Assembly (NCBI GenBank): GCA_016200325.1
Contig: JACQEZ010000006.1
Location: 30,302-94,301 of the forward strand
Origin: Candidatus Manganitrophaceae bacterium
GTDB taxonomy: Bacteria > Nitrospirota > Nitrospiria > SBBL01 > Manganitrophaceae
Length of the DNA stretch: 64,000 bases
Reading direction: 5' to 3'
Shown: positions 29,393 through 38,427 of the stretch, one piece after another
Position numbering within the stretch: the stretch's first letter is position 1
Layout: each line of letters starts with the position of its first letter
Translations under genes and position numbers: made by a program
Notes under the pieces: model-generated
What the model saw: the letters and a program-made list of their open reading frames with translations, nothing else
What the model was told of the DNA's origin: nothing
The model's database searches: none

Positions 29393-31027
29393 ATGATTAA
29401 TCTCTTTTTTATTTTTGTTTCTTCCATGGTGATCTGCATGACATTGATTCCGATCTTGATGAAGTCGGCCGCTTACCTCCATGTGGTCGATCTTCCGGGC
29501 GGGAGAAAGATGCATGCGGAGCCGATCGCGCGAATCGGAGGAATCGCCTTTGCGACCGGCGCCCTCGTCTCGCTCCTTATCTGGCTGCCGCTCGACCGGT
29601 TGATGGTCGCCTACCTCCTCGGCGCCGGCGTCATCGTCTGCTTCGGCGTCTTGGACGACCGGTTCGGCCTCCATTTTAAGAAAAAATTCTTGGCGCAGCT
29701 GGCGGCGGCGGTGATCGTGGTGGAGGTCGGCGAGGTCCATCTGACCACCTTCCCCTTTATGGATGAGATGGCGATACCGGTCTGGGTCAGCGTTCCTCTG
29801 ACGGTGTTGACCTTGCTCGGGGTGACCAATGCGATCAATCTGTCGGACGGTCTCGACGGCCTGGCGGGAGGGCTCTCGCTCCTCAGCTTCGGCGGGATTG
29901 CCTATCTGGCCTATTTGGCCGCCGATCCGCTCGTTCTCTCTCTCTCCCTCGCCGCCATGGGGGGAATCTTGGGATTCTTACGCTTCAACACCTATCCCGC
30001 TCGGATTTTTATGGGAGACGGCGGGAGTCAGTTCCTCGGTTTTTCGCTCGGCGTCGCCGCGATTCTTTTGACCGACGGGATCCGCGGCGGATACAGCCCT
30101 TGGGTGGCGCTCCTGATTCTCGGCTTGCCGATCCTCGATACCCTCGGCGTGATGGCGCAGCGATGGACGGAGGGGCGATCGCTCTTCGTCGCCGACCGGA
30201 ACCACCTTCACCACAAGCTTTTGGCGATCGGCTCTTATCATCATGAGGCGGTCACGCTGATTTACGCCTTTCAAGCGATGATGGTCAGCCTGGCGGTGCT
30301 CCTGCATTGGCGGGGAGAGATGTTCCTGATGGCGGCATGGGGGATGATGGCCCTTTCGGTCTCCTCTCTTTTCTTTCTCGCCGGGCAGGGCCGGGTGCAG
30401 CTCCATCGGCCCGACCGGGAACACGCTCTCTCGATCAGCATGGTTCGGAAAGTCCGGGAGAGCCGCCTCTTCTCCGAGCTTCCGACCCAGCTGTTGGGCG
30501 CCGGGATTCCGCTCTTCTTGGTGGTGAGTGTCTTTATCCCGCGGCAGATCCCGGGCGATTTCGGACTCTTGGCGATCATTCTTTTCAGCCTGCTTCTGTT
30601 GGGGCTGCTCTTCTTTAGACGCTCCGCGCCGCTGCTGATCCGGCTGGGGCTTTATGTCGGAGGGGCTTTTATCGTCTATCTGAATGAGCAGTCGCCGAGC
30701 GGGAGCGGCTGGCCGATCCATACTTTTTTAAATCTTTTTTTCATCGGGGTGGCGGTGATGGTGCTGATTGCAATCCAGGTCAACCGGGAGCAGCCGTTTC
30801 AGATGACCCCGCTCGATTATCTCGTTCTTTTTTTCACGTTGATCGTTCCGGTGTTGCCGGAGATGCGGGTCGGCGAGATCCTCGTCGGCCTGATCGCAGG
30901 GAAATTAATCATCCTTTTCTTCGCGTATGAGCTGCTCCTCAGCCGGCTTTCGGAGCGGACGATGCAGCTCGGCCTGTCGGCCCTCTGGGCGCTGTTGGTT
31001 TTGGGGGTTCGCGCCTGGGTGGTGTAA
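29393..31027 (+). CDS. MraY/WecA family polyprenyl-phosphate sugar-1-P transferase with C-terminal membrane extension
   Basis: RIGGIA, GVLDDRF, NAINLSDGLDGLAGG, FMGDGGS, PILDT, DRNHLHHKL, followed by about 200 extra hydrophobic residues. Confidence 0.88.
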   Translation: MINLFFIFVSSMVICMTLIPILMKSAAYLHVVDLPGGRKMHAEPIARIGGIAFATGALVSLLIWLPLDRLMVAYLLGAGVIVCFGVLDDRFGLHFKKKFLAQLAAAVIVVEVGEVHLTTFPFMDEMAIPVWVSVPLTVLTLLGVTNAINLSDGLDGLAGGLSLLSFGGIAYLAYLAADPLVLSLSLAAMGGILGFLRFNTYPARIFMGDGGSQFLGFSLGVAAILLTDGIRGGYSPWVALLILGLPILDTLGVMAQRWTEGRSLFVADRNHLHHKLLAIGSYHHEAVTLIYAFQAMMVSLAVLLHWRGEMFLMAAWGMMALSVSSLFFLAGQGRVQLHRPDREHALSISMVRKVRESRLFSELPTQLLGAGIPLFLVVSVFIPRQIPGDFGLLAIILFSLLLLGLLFFRRSAPLLIRLGLYVGGAFIVYLNEQSPSGSGWPIHTFLNLFFIGVAVMVLIAIQVNREQPFQMTPLDYLVLFFTLIVPVLPEMRVGEILVGLIAGKLIILFFAYELLLSRLSERTMQLGLSALWALLVLGVRAWVV

Positions 31028-31116
31028 GGGCGGGGTCGGATTGAAGTGAATGGGGTTGAATTGAATCGGATCGGTTCGGATATCTTGGGCGTCAGCGTCC
31101 AGGCGGGAGGAAGGTC

Positions 31117-33504
31117 ATGAAGCGGGGTGTGGTCCAAACAGCAATGCTGGTTTTCCTGATCCTTCTGGTCGGGTGCGGCGGACCGGAGGCGAGAAAGGCC
31201 AAATATACCGCACGGGCCCAGCAATATATTCAGGAAGAGAATTGGCCGAAGGCGCGCGTCGCCCTTCGCAACGTCCTCAAGATCGATCCGAAAGATGCCG
31301 ATGCGACCTATCTCTATGCCCTGGTCGAGGAGAAGGAAAAGAACTGGATGAATGCCTTCCGCTATTACGCTCAAGTCATTGAGCTCGATCCCGACCATCG
31401 TGACGGCCTGATCAAGCTGAGCCGGTTTTATCTGGAGGGGGGAGCGACCGACAAGGTGTCGGAGCTGACCCATCATATCTTGGTCAAACATCCGAACGAT
31501 CCGGTGGCCGAAACCTTCCAGGCGGCCGTCCTCCTCAAGAAGGGACAAAAGGGGGAGGCGATCGCGCAGCTCCAGAAGATTCTTCAACGAAACCCCGGCG
31601 AGCCCGACGCCACCAGCCTCCTCGCCGCCGTCTATACCGACCAGAAACGCTGGGAGGAAGCGGAAAAGGTCTTGCGAAAAGCGGTCCAGCTCCACCCCGA
31701 AAACGTCGTCCTGCTGAACAACCTCGGCAATACGTGGGTCCGGTTGGAACGGTTCAGTGAAACGGAAGGAATCCTCAAACAGATCGTCGGAATGGAACCG
31801 AAGGCCTTTGAACACCGGGTCCGGCTGGCGGCGTTCTACCGCTCTCGAAACGAGTCGGCCAAAGCGGAAGCGGCGCTCCGCGAAGCGGTCCGTCTCGATC
31901 CGGAGAGCGAGGAGCGGCGGCTGGTCCTCGCCGACTTCTTCGCGAAAGAGCGCAATCTCAAGGAGGGAGAGGCGATCTTGTTGGAGGCGAAAAAGGCGCT
32001 CCCCCGGTCGATGAAGATTCCGTTTGCACTCGGCCAGTTTTATGAAACGACCGGGCAGGGGAGCCGGGCGCGGGGGGTCTATCAGGAAATTATTGATCAG
32101 GAGGGGACCCATCCGCAAGGGCTTGAAGCAAAGGTGAAGCTGGCGACGTTGGATCTCGCCGAAGGGAAAAAGGAGGAGGCGACGGCCCGGTTGAAAGAGG
32201 TGCTCCAGGAGAATCCGGCCGCCTCCGAGGCGCTGGTGTTAAAGGGAAAGATGTCCCTCGGAAAAGGGGAAGGGAAAGAGGCGATTCAAGCCTTCCGGAG
32301 CGTCTTGAAAGACCAGCCCGACCGGGCCGACATTCATGCCCAGCTCGGAGAGGCCTATCTCTTGACCCAAGAAGCGGATCTGGCACGAGAGAGTTTTGAA
32401 CGGGCGGTCGCACTGAACCCGAGTCAGTTGGAAGCCCGCCGCGCCCTCGCCCGGATCGATGCGTCGGCCGGAAAGCGGAAGGCTGCGCGTGACCGGGTGG
32501 AAGCGATCCTCAAAGAGACTCCGAACGATCTGGAATCGACCTTGATGCTGTTCGGTCTGCAGATGACCGAGCCCGATCTGCATGGCGCGGAGGTAACCCT
32601 TCAGAAGGCGCGCGCGATCGGGGCGAATGACTTTGTGGTCGGGATGGCGGAAGGGGAGCTCTATTCCGCCCGCCGGGAGTGGGACAAAGCGATCGCTTCG
32701 TTTGATCGGGCCGCCGCGCTCCGCCCGGACGCGGCCGACCCGCTTTTTGCGCGGGTTCGAATTGAATTAAGCCGGGGGAAGACGCGCGAGTCGCTTCAAT
32801 ATCTTCAGCAGGTCGTGGCCGCCCGACCGACCCATCCCTACGCCCACGGGATGTTGGGAGAGGTCTGGCTGGTCCAGAGGGAGTGGGCGGCGGCGGAGCG
32901 GGAGCTTCAAGAGGCGAGCCGGCTGAAGCCCGATTGGGTCAATCCCTGGATCGAGCGGGCACAAATTCGGCTCTCTCGAAAACAGCCGGCCGAAGCGGTC
33001 TCCCTGCTGGAGTCGGGGATCGCCTCCAATCCTAAATCGGATGAGCTTCGACTGCTGCTGGCGTCGGTGCTGAGCGACACCCAGCAGATCGATCGGGCGA
33101 TCGGGGTTTATGAATCGATCGTGAAGGAGAATCCCAAATCGGTCGTGGCGGCCAACAACCTGGCCTCCCTCCTGGCCGATAAGAAGGGAGATCCGAAGAG
33201 TCTGGAGCGCGCGTTGGCGCTGAGCCGGGATTTTGAAAATACCGCCCCGCAGGCCCCCTTTCTCGACACCCTCGGCTGGGTCTATGTCAAAATGGGACAG
33301 GCCGACCAGGCGGTCCGGCTCCTTCAACGTGCGACGCTGGAAGCGCCCGACCGACCGGTCTTTCATTATCACCTCGGGGTCGCTTATTACAAGGCGGGAG
33401 AGGTCAAAAAGGGGAGACAAGCCTTGACAAAGGCGCTCCAATCGGGCAAAACATTTCCAGGGTCGGAAGAGGCAAAAGCGCTGTTGGCTGAGAAAAAGGG
33501 GTAG
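31117..33504 (+). CDS. TPR-repeat lipoprotein, PrsT-like (exosortase-system associated)
   Basis: Lipobox LLVG-C; tandem TPRs throughout; C-terminal ANNLA...DTLGWVY...YHLG motif. Confidence 0.8.
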   Translation: MKRGVVQTAMLVFLILLVGCGGPEARKAKYTARAQQYIQEENWPKARVALRNVLKIDPKDADATYLYALVEEKEKNWMNAFRYYAQVIELDPDHRDGLIKLSRFYLEGGATDKVSELTHHILVKHPNDPVAETFQAAVLLKKGQKGEAIAQLQKILQRNPGEPDATSLLAAVYTDQKRWEEAEKVLRKAVQLHPENVVLLNNLGNTWVRLERFSETEGILKQIVGMEPKAFEHRVRLAAFYRSRNESAKAEAALREAVRLDPESEERRLVLADFFAKERNLKEGEAILLEAKKALPRSMKIPFALGQFYETTGQGSRARGVYQEIIDQEGTHPQGLEAKVKLATLDLAEGKKEEATARLKEVLQENPAASEALVLKGKMSLGKGEGKEAIQAFRSVLKDQPDRADIHAQLGEAYLLTQEADLARESFERAVALNPSQLEARRALARIDASAGKRKAARDRVEAILKETPNDLESTLMLFGLQMTEPDLHGAEVTLQKARAIGANDFVVGMAEGELYSARREWDKAIASFDRAAALRPDAADPLFARVRIELSRGKTRESLQYLQQVVAARPTHPYAHGMLGEVWLVQREWAAAERELQEASRLKPDWVNPWIERAQIRLSRKQPAEAVSLLESGIASNPKSDELRLLLASVLSDTQQIDRAIGVYESIVKENPKSVVAANNLASLLADKKGDPKSLERALALSRDFENTAPQAPFLDTLGWVYVKMGQADQAVRLLQRATLEAPDRPVFHYHLGVAYYKAGEVKKGRQALTKALQSGKTFPGSEEAKALLAEKKG

Positions 33505-33505
33505 G

Positions 33506-34075
33506 ATGAAAAAAGGTATCGGTTGGTTAACCCTTTGGGGGATTTTTTTCCAGGCTTCCATCTTATTCGGCGTAGACGGAAAAGGAATCGAGCCGGGATA
33601 TTTGCTGGGACCGGAAGATGTCTTACATGTGTCGATCTGGAAGGATGAGGCGCTCACCCGGGAGGTGTTGGTTCGGCCCGACGGCCGGATCTCCTTCCCT
33701 TTGGTCGGCGACCTTCAGGCGGCGGGTCGAACGGTGGAAGATCTGAAGGCGGAGCTGACGAAGCGGCTGACCCCTTTTATTCCGAACCCGACCTTGTCGG
33801 TCGAGGTTCAAAAGGTGAACAGCTACAAAATTTACGTCTTGGGAAAGGTCGCCCGGCCGGGCGAATACCTGGTCGGACATGAGACCGATGTCATGCAGGC
33901 GCTCAGCCTCGCCGGCGGCTTGACCCCTTATGCCGCCGAGAACCGGATCCGGGTCTTGCGCCGGGAAAACGGAGCGCAGCAGACCTATCTCTTCCGTTAT
34001 TCGGAGGCGATTCAAGGAGAGCATCTGGAACAGAATATCCTGCTCAGACGGGGTGACGTGGTGGTTGTGCCGTGA
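33506..34075 (+). CDS. Short polysaccharide export OPX protein (Poly_export + one SLBB)
   Basis: YLLGPEDVLHVSIW, VRPDGRISFPLVGD, IYVLGKVARPG, ALSLAGGLT, LRRGDVVVVP; only 189 aa. Confidence 0.88.
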   Translation: MKKGIGWLTLWGIFFQASILFGVDGKGIEPGYLLGPEDVLHVSIWKDEALTREVLVRPDGRISFPLVGDLQAAGRTVEDLKAELTKRLTPFIPNPTLSVEVQKVNSYKIYVLGKVARPGEYLVGHETDVMQALSLAGGLTPYAAENRIRVLRRENGAQQTYLFRYSEAIQGEHLEQNILLRRGDVVVVP

Positions 34076-35286
34076 GCCAGACACTCGGCGGACGGCTTCC
34101 TTGTCCCCGGGCGTGGGAAATGGGCCGGACAGCGATTCTCCTCGGCGTGCTTTTCCTCTGGATCTCGGCCCGAACGTGCGATGCCGTCGAATACACCGTG
34201 GTCCCTTCGCTCTTCCTGAGAGAGCAGGTGAACACGAACCTTTTGATGACGGCCGCGCCGCACGATACGATCTGGGAATACTCGCTCTCGCCGTCGGTCC
34301 GGGGGCGCGCGGCGATGGAGCAGTGGGAGGTGAGCGGCGATCTCTCCGCCGTCTTCTCCCGGTTTTGGAAGACGGAAGAACTCGACGCGAACGATCTTTT
34401 TTTAAAGCTCTCGGCCCGGTATAAGGGCGAGCTCGATACATTCGGCTTGGAGGGGAGCTCCGCCCATGACTCGACCTGGCGGAGCGAGTTGCAGGAGACG
34501 GGGCTGGTCCTCGGGACGGGGAGACGGGATTTGCAAATCATGAATCTAACCTGGAATCGGGTGATCACCGAGCGGCTCTCCGGGGTGGCACGATATCAAT
34601 TTGGAGACGCCCGCTACAGCCATCAGCCGCCGGGGCTTTTTAATTACCAGTCTCATCTGGCGACGTATGATCTGACCTATGCCCTCTCGGAGAGGGAGCA
34701 GGTTACCGGCGGGGCGCAGCTCTTGTCGTATCAATCCTCCGACGCAGGGATTGAATCCAACGTGGCGGGAGTTCAGTTCGGATTCGTTCATGCCTTTTCA
34801 GAGACGTTCCATGGAACGCTCTTGGTCGGCGCCCGGGAAATGTGGACGACCCTTTCGATCGGGGAATTTCACCGGAACGATCGCGAGTCGGGATGGCTGA
34901 CGGAGGGAACGGTCGATAAGAGGTTCGAGCGGACCCAACTTCAGGGGAGCTTCAGCCGTCGGGTCGATCCGAGCGGGGCGGGATATCTTCTCCAGGTCGA
35001 TCATCTCTGGGGGTCGGTCGATCGCTCCTTCACCGAGAACACCGCCGGGCATCTGGCGGCCCATTTCTATCAGACCCACCCGCTTCGAAACGACCTGCCG
35101 ATCTCGGACAGCCATTCATACAGCGTCGAGCCGAGATGGTCGTGGAAATGGGCCGAGCTGTGGGAGGCGGTCCTCTCCTACCGGTATGCAGCGGTGACCA
35201 ACGAGCGGAGCAATATCAGGGTGGCCTCCCATTCGATTTCAGGGATGTTGACCTATCACGGTCCGGTCTGGACTTCATCCCGATAA
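34072..35286 (+). CDS. Outer-membrane beta-barrel protein of polysaccharide export
   Basis: Signal-like N-terminus, alternating aromatic/hydrophobic beta-strand pattern, located between OPX and chain-length genes. Confidence 0.65.
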   Translation: MSQTLGGRLPCPRAWEMGRTAILLGVLFLWISARTCDAVEYTVVPSLFLREQVNTNLLMTAAPHDTIWEYSLSPSVRGRAAMEQWEVSGDLSAVFSRFWKTEELDANDLFLKLSARYKGELDTFGLEGSSAHDSTWRSELQETGLVLGTGRRDLQIMNLTWNRVITERLSGVARYQFGDARYSHQPPGLFNYQSHLATYDLTYALSEREQVTGGAQLLSYQSSDAGIESNVAGVQFGFVHAFSETFHGTLLVGAREMWTTLSIGEFHRNDRESGWLTEGTVDKRFERTQLQGSFSRRVDPSGAGYLLQVDHLWGSVDRSFTENTAGHLAAHFYQTHPLRNDLPISDSHSYSVEPRWSWKWAELWEAVLSYRYAAVTNERSNIRVASHSISGMLTYHGPVWTSSR

Positions 35287-35295
35287 GGAGTTAAA

Positions 35296-37089
35296 ATGAA
35301 TGAACCGATGCTTCCTTCAAATGCCATTGACGTAAAGAGCCACTCCGTGGAAGAGCGGACAAAGGATTTGCGGGATTATCTGCAATTCTTCCAACGGAGA
35401 AGAAAGCAGATGCTCATCCCTTTCTTGTCTCTTTTTGTCCTCGGCGCAATCGTCACCTTTTCTCTCCCGGCGGTCTACCGCTCGACCGCCACGATCCTCA
35501 TCGAGGAGCAGGAGGTGCCGGCCGATCTGGTCCGTTCGACCGTCACCAGCTATGCCGACCAGCGGATCGAGACGATTAAACATCAGGTGATGAGCCGCGC
35601 GAACCTCCTGAAGATCATCGACGAAGACGGGCTCTATCCGAAAATGCGAAAAAAGAAGACGACCGAAGCGTTGTTAAAACGGTTTGCCGACGATATCAAT
35701 GTCGAGGTCATCAACGCCGAGGTGGTCGACCGGCGGACCGGCCAGCAAACCCATGCGACGATTGCCTTTACCCTTTCTTACGACGGTGAAACACCGGAGC
35801 TGGCGCAGAAGGTCTCCAATGAATTGACCAGCCTTTTTCTCTCCGAGAACATCCGGACCCGTTCGCGGAATGTCCAGGAAACCACCGCGTTCCTGAATAA
35901 GGAGGCGCAGACGCTGTCGAACCGGATCGAGCAGCTGGAGAAAAAAATCGCCCTCTTCAAGCAACGGGCCGACGGCGCCCTTCCCGAGATGGTGCAGCTG
36001 AACATGCAGCTGATGAACCAGTCGGATCGGGAGCTGATGGATGTCGATCGGGAGATCCGGAACCTGGAGGACCGAAAGATTTTGCTGGAAGGCCAGCTCG
36101 CCACGCTGAAGCCGAATACCCCGATCATGACCGCGAGCGGGGAGCGGATCTTGGATACCGACGAGCGGCTCAAGGCGCTGCGGGCCCAATATTTGAGCGC
36201 CGCCTCCAACCTGTCGCCGCAGCATCCCGACCTGATCAAGATGAAACGGGAGCTGGAGGCTTTGGAAAAAGAGACGCAGGAGCGGGACAATTCCGACGTT
36301 GTTTGGAAGCGGCTGACCGATGAACGGGCGAAGTTGGCGACGCTCACCCAGCGATACAGCGATAAACATCCGGACGTCATTCAGGCCCGGAAAATTGTTG
36401 CATCGTTGGAGGAGCAGATCCGGCAGAGCCGGCCGGAGCGAGCAGCCCCTCCCAAGCCGGAAAACCCCGCTTATATTATGATGCAGACGCAGTTGACCTC
36501 CGCGATCAACGAGCTGAGCTCCATGCGTGCAACGCGGGAGAGCCTCAAAAGACGGGCCGCCGATCTGGCTCGCCGGCTTGAGAAAACCCCTTCTTTCGAA
36601 CAGCAATACCTCGACCTCACCCGCGACCGGGACAACTCTGTTCTGAAGTACCATGAGATTCGATCGAAGCTGCTCGAAGCGCAGGTCTCGGAAGGGCTTG
36701 AATCGCAGCGGATGGGAGAGCGCTTCTCGCTGATCGATCCCCCGGCGGTCCCGGAAAAACCGGAGAAACCGCGCCGCTCTGTGATCCTCTTATTGTCGAT
36801 GATCTTCGCGACGGTGGGGGGGGTCGGCTATGGGGCGGCCAAAGAGAACCTCGACCACTCGATCTACACGGCCGACCGGCTTTGGCAGATTACGGAAGCG
36901 CCGCCGCTGGTCGTCGTCCCTTATATCGTCACCTCGGAGGACCTTCGCCTCCGCCGGCGACGACGGATCAAAACGATTTTAATCACGATGATTCTCGTGG
37001 CATCGCTCCTGACCCTCTGCCATCTCTTTTGGGTTCCACTCGATGTCATTTGGTATTCTACGCTGCGGCGGTTCGGGATCGAATATTAA
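35296..37089 (+). CDS. Polysaccharide co-polymerase / chain-length determinant (Wzc N-terminal part, GumC family)
   Basis: Two TM helices flanking a long coiled coil, PAVYRSTATILI, YSDKHPDV, ERFSLIDPP. Confidence 0.88.
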   Translation: MNEPMLPSNAIDVKSHSVEERTKDLRDYLQFFQRRRKQMLIPFLSLFVLGAIVTFSLPAVYRSTATILIEEQEVPADLVRSTVTSYADQRIETIKHQVMSRANLLKIIDEDGLYPKMRKKKTTEALLKRFADDINVEVINAEVVDRRTGQQTHATIAFTLSYDGETPELAQKVSNELTSLFLSENIRTRSRNVQETTAFLNKEAQTLSNRIEQLEKKIALFKQRADGALPEMVQLNMQLMNQSDRELMDVDREIRNLEDRKILLEGQLATLKPNTPIMTASGERILDTDERLKALRAQYLSAASNLSPQHPDLIKMKRELEALEKETQERDNSDVVWKRLTDERAKLATLTQRYSDKHPDVIQARKIVASLEEQIRQSRPERAAPPKPENPAYIMMQTQLTSAINELSSMRATRESLKRRAADLARRLEKTPSFEQQYLDLTRDRDNSVLKYHEIRSKLLEAQVSEGLESQRMGERFSLIDPPAVPEKPEKPRRSVILLLSMIFATVGGVGYGAAKENLDHSIYTADRLWQITEAPPLVVVPYIVTSEDLRLRRRRRIKTILITMILVASLLTLCHLFWVPLDVIWYSTLRRFGIEY

Positions 37090-37101
37090 TCAATATTTTA
37101 T

Positions 37102-37135
37102 TTTGTTTCTAAATAAAGTTTGTTTCTAAATAAAG
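37102..37135. repeat. Exact 17-bp tandem duplication in an AT-rich intergenic
   Basis: TTTGTTTCTAAATAAAG at 37102-37118 and 37119-37135. Confidence 0.9.
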
Positions 37136-37150
37136 AGAGATGGAGCATCG

Positions 37151-37936
37151 ATGAACGGAGGGGAAATGGAAGGGGTCGAGTCAACACGCAAACCACAGCT
37201 GGAAAAAAAGGGAAACGGGGAGCTCTCCCAACCGCTTCAACGGACCGTGAGGTCGGCGGAGATCGTTTACACCCGCACCCGTCTCGTCCCGACCTCGCTG
37301 GAACGCTTGAGAGAGCGACGGATCATTACCGCTGCAGAGGAGGGTCCCTTGGCCGACGCCTTTAAGATGCTGAGAACCCAGGTGATGCTTCGGATGCGGG
37401 AGAATCGATGGAACCTTCTGGCCGTGACCAGCCCCGGGAGCGGCGAGGGGAAAACGGTGACCACGGCCAATTTGGCGATGAGCCTGGCGATGGAGGTTCA
37501 CCAGACCGTCCTGCTGGTCGATGCCCACCTACGCAATCCCGGAATTCATACCCTCTTCGGCCTCGGAAAGGGACCCGGCCTGGTCGATTATCTCGTCGAT
37601 CAAAAACCGATTGAAGATTTGCTGATCCATCCCGGCATTCCCGGCTTGGTCATCCTGCCCGCGGGAAGGGCGGTTCAAAACTCGAGCGAGCTCCTCACCT
37701 CTCCGCAGATGCTGGGGCTCGTCAATGAATTAAAGTACCGGTATTCCTCCCGGGTGGTCCTCTTCGATCTCCCCCCGCTTCTCCAAACCGCCGATGCGCT
37801 CGCTTTCTCTCCCTATGTCGATGCGATGCTTCTCGTCGTTCAAGCCGGCCGCACGCAGACGGAAGAAGTGGAGCGGGCGCTGCATCTGCTGAGGGGGGTT
37901 CCGATCCTTGGCACCGTCCTAAACCAAGGAGGGTAG
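37151..37936 (+). CDS. CpsD/CapB family BY-kinase-like protein (Wzc C-terminal part)
   Basis: DAFKMLRTQV, Walker A SPGSGEGKT, A' VDAHLRNP, Walker B VLFDLPP, ends GTVLNQGG. Confidence 0.88.
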   Translation: MNGGEMEGVESTRKPQLEKKGNGELSQPLQRTVRSAEIVYTRTRLVPTSLERLRERRIITAAEEGPLADAFKMLRTQVMLRMRENRWNLLAVTSPGSGEGKTVTTANLAMSLAMEVHQTVLLVDAHLRNPGIHTLFGLGKGPGLVDYLVDQKPIEDLLIHPGIPGLVILPAGRAVQNSSELLTSPQMLGLVNELKYRYSSRVVLFDLPPLLQTADALAFSPYVDAMLLVVQAGRTQTEEVERALHLLRGVPILGTVLNQGG

Positions 37937-38315
37937 TAAACCCCTTCCTTTCAGCCGCCGGAGGAGCGTCCGCCGGCCGCGCTCATCCGTTTCAAGCCGA
38001 TCCAACCGGCCCCTCATGCAAGCCGACCGACGTCACAACGGCCTGCGGTTGCTTTCCGTCCGGGCCCTGCCACGGCATCCTCTTCCTAGATTTTAATCGA
38101 ACTCTTTTTCAACGTCGTCTCTCCCCAACGCAGCGTGATCGTCCCTCGCTCAAACCGGTCTCCCTTCTTTCTGTCGCATTTCATGCAAAAACGTCGGCCG
38201 ATCCAATGAAGTGATCGGCGCCTCTGCCTGCCGGTGATGCATAGAAAATATATTTCATTTGTATAAAACCCATGCCGGCCCCCTCTCTTTCTTCAAAAAG
38301 CATTGTCACTCCACT

Positions 38316-38332
38316 CTGGTATAAGGCTTGCT
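38316..38332 (+). promoter_or_regulatory. Putative sigma54 (-24/-12) promoter of the cupredoxin gene
   Basis: CTGGTATA-AGGC-TTGCT with exact GG-N10-GC spacing; AT-rich tract upstream. Confidence 0.6.
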
Positions 38333-38427
38333 CTTTTAAAGCGGAGAAGGACAACGGGGACCTTTCTGGAGCAAGGGCGCTCCTCACAGAAAACAGGCGG
38401 GGGGCTTTTTTATTTTGGGAGGGGCCG

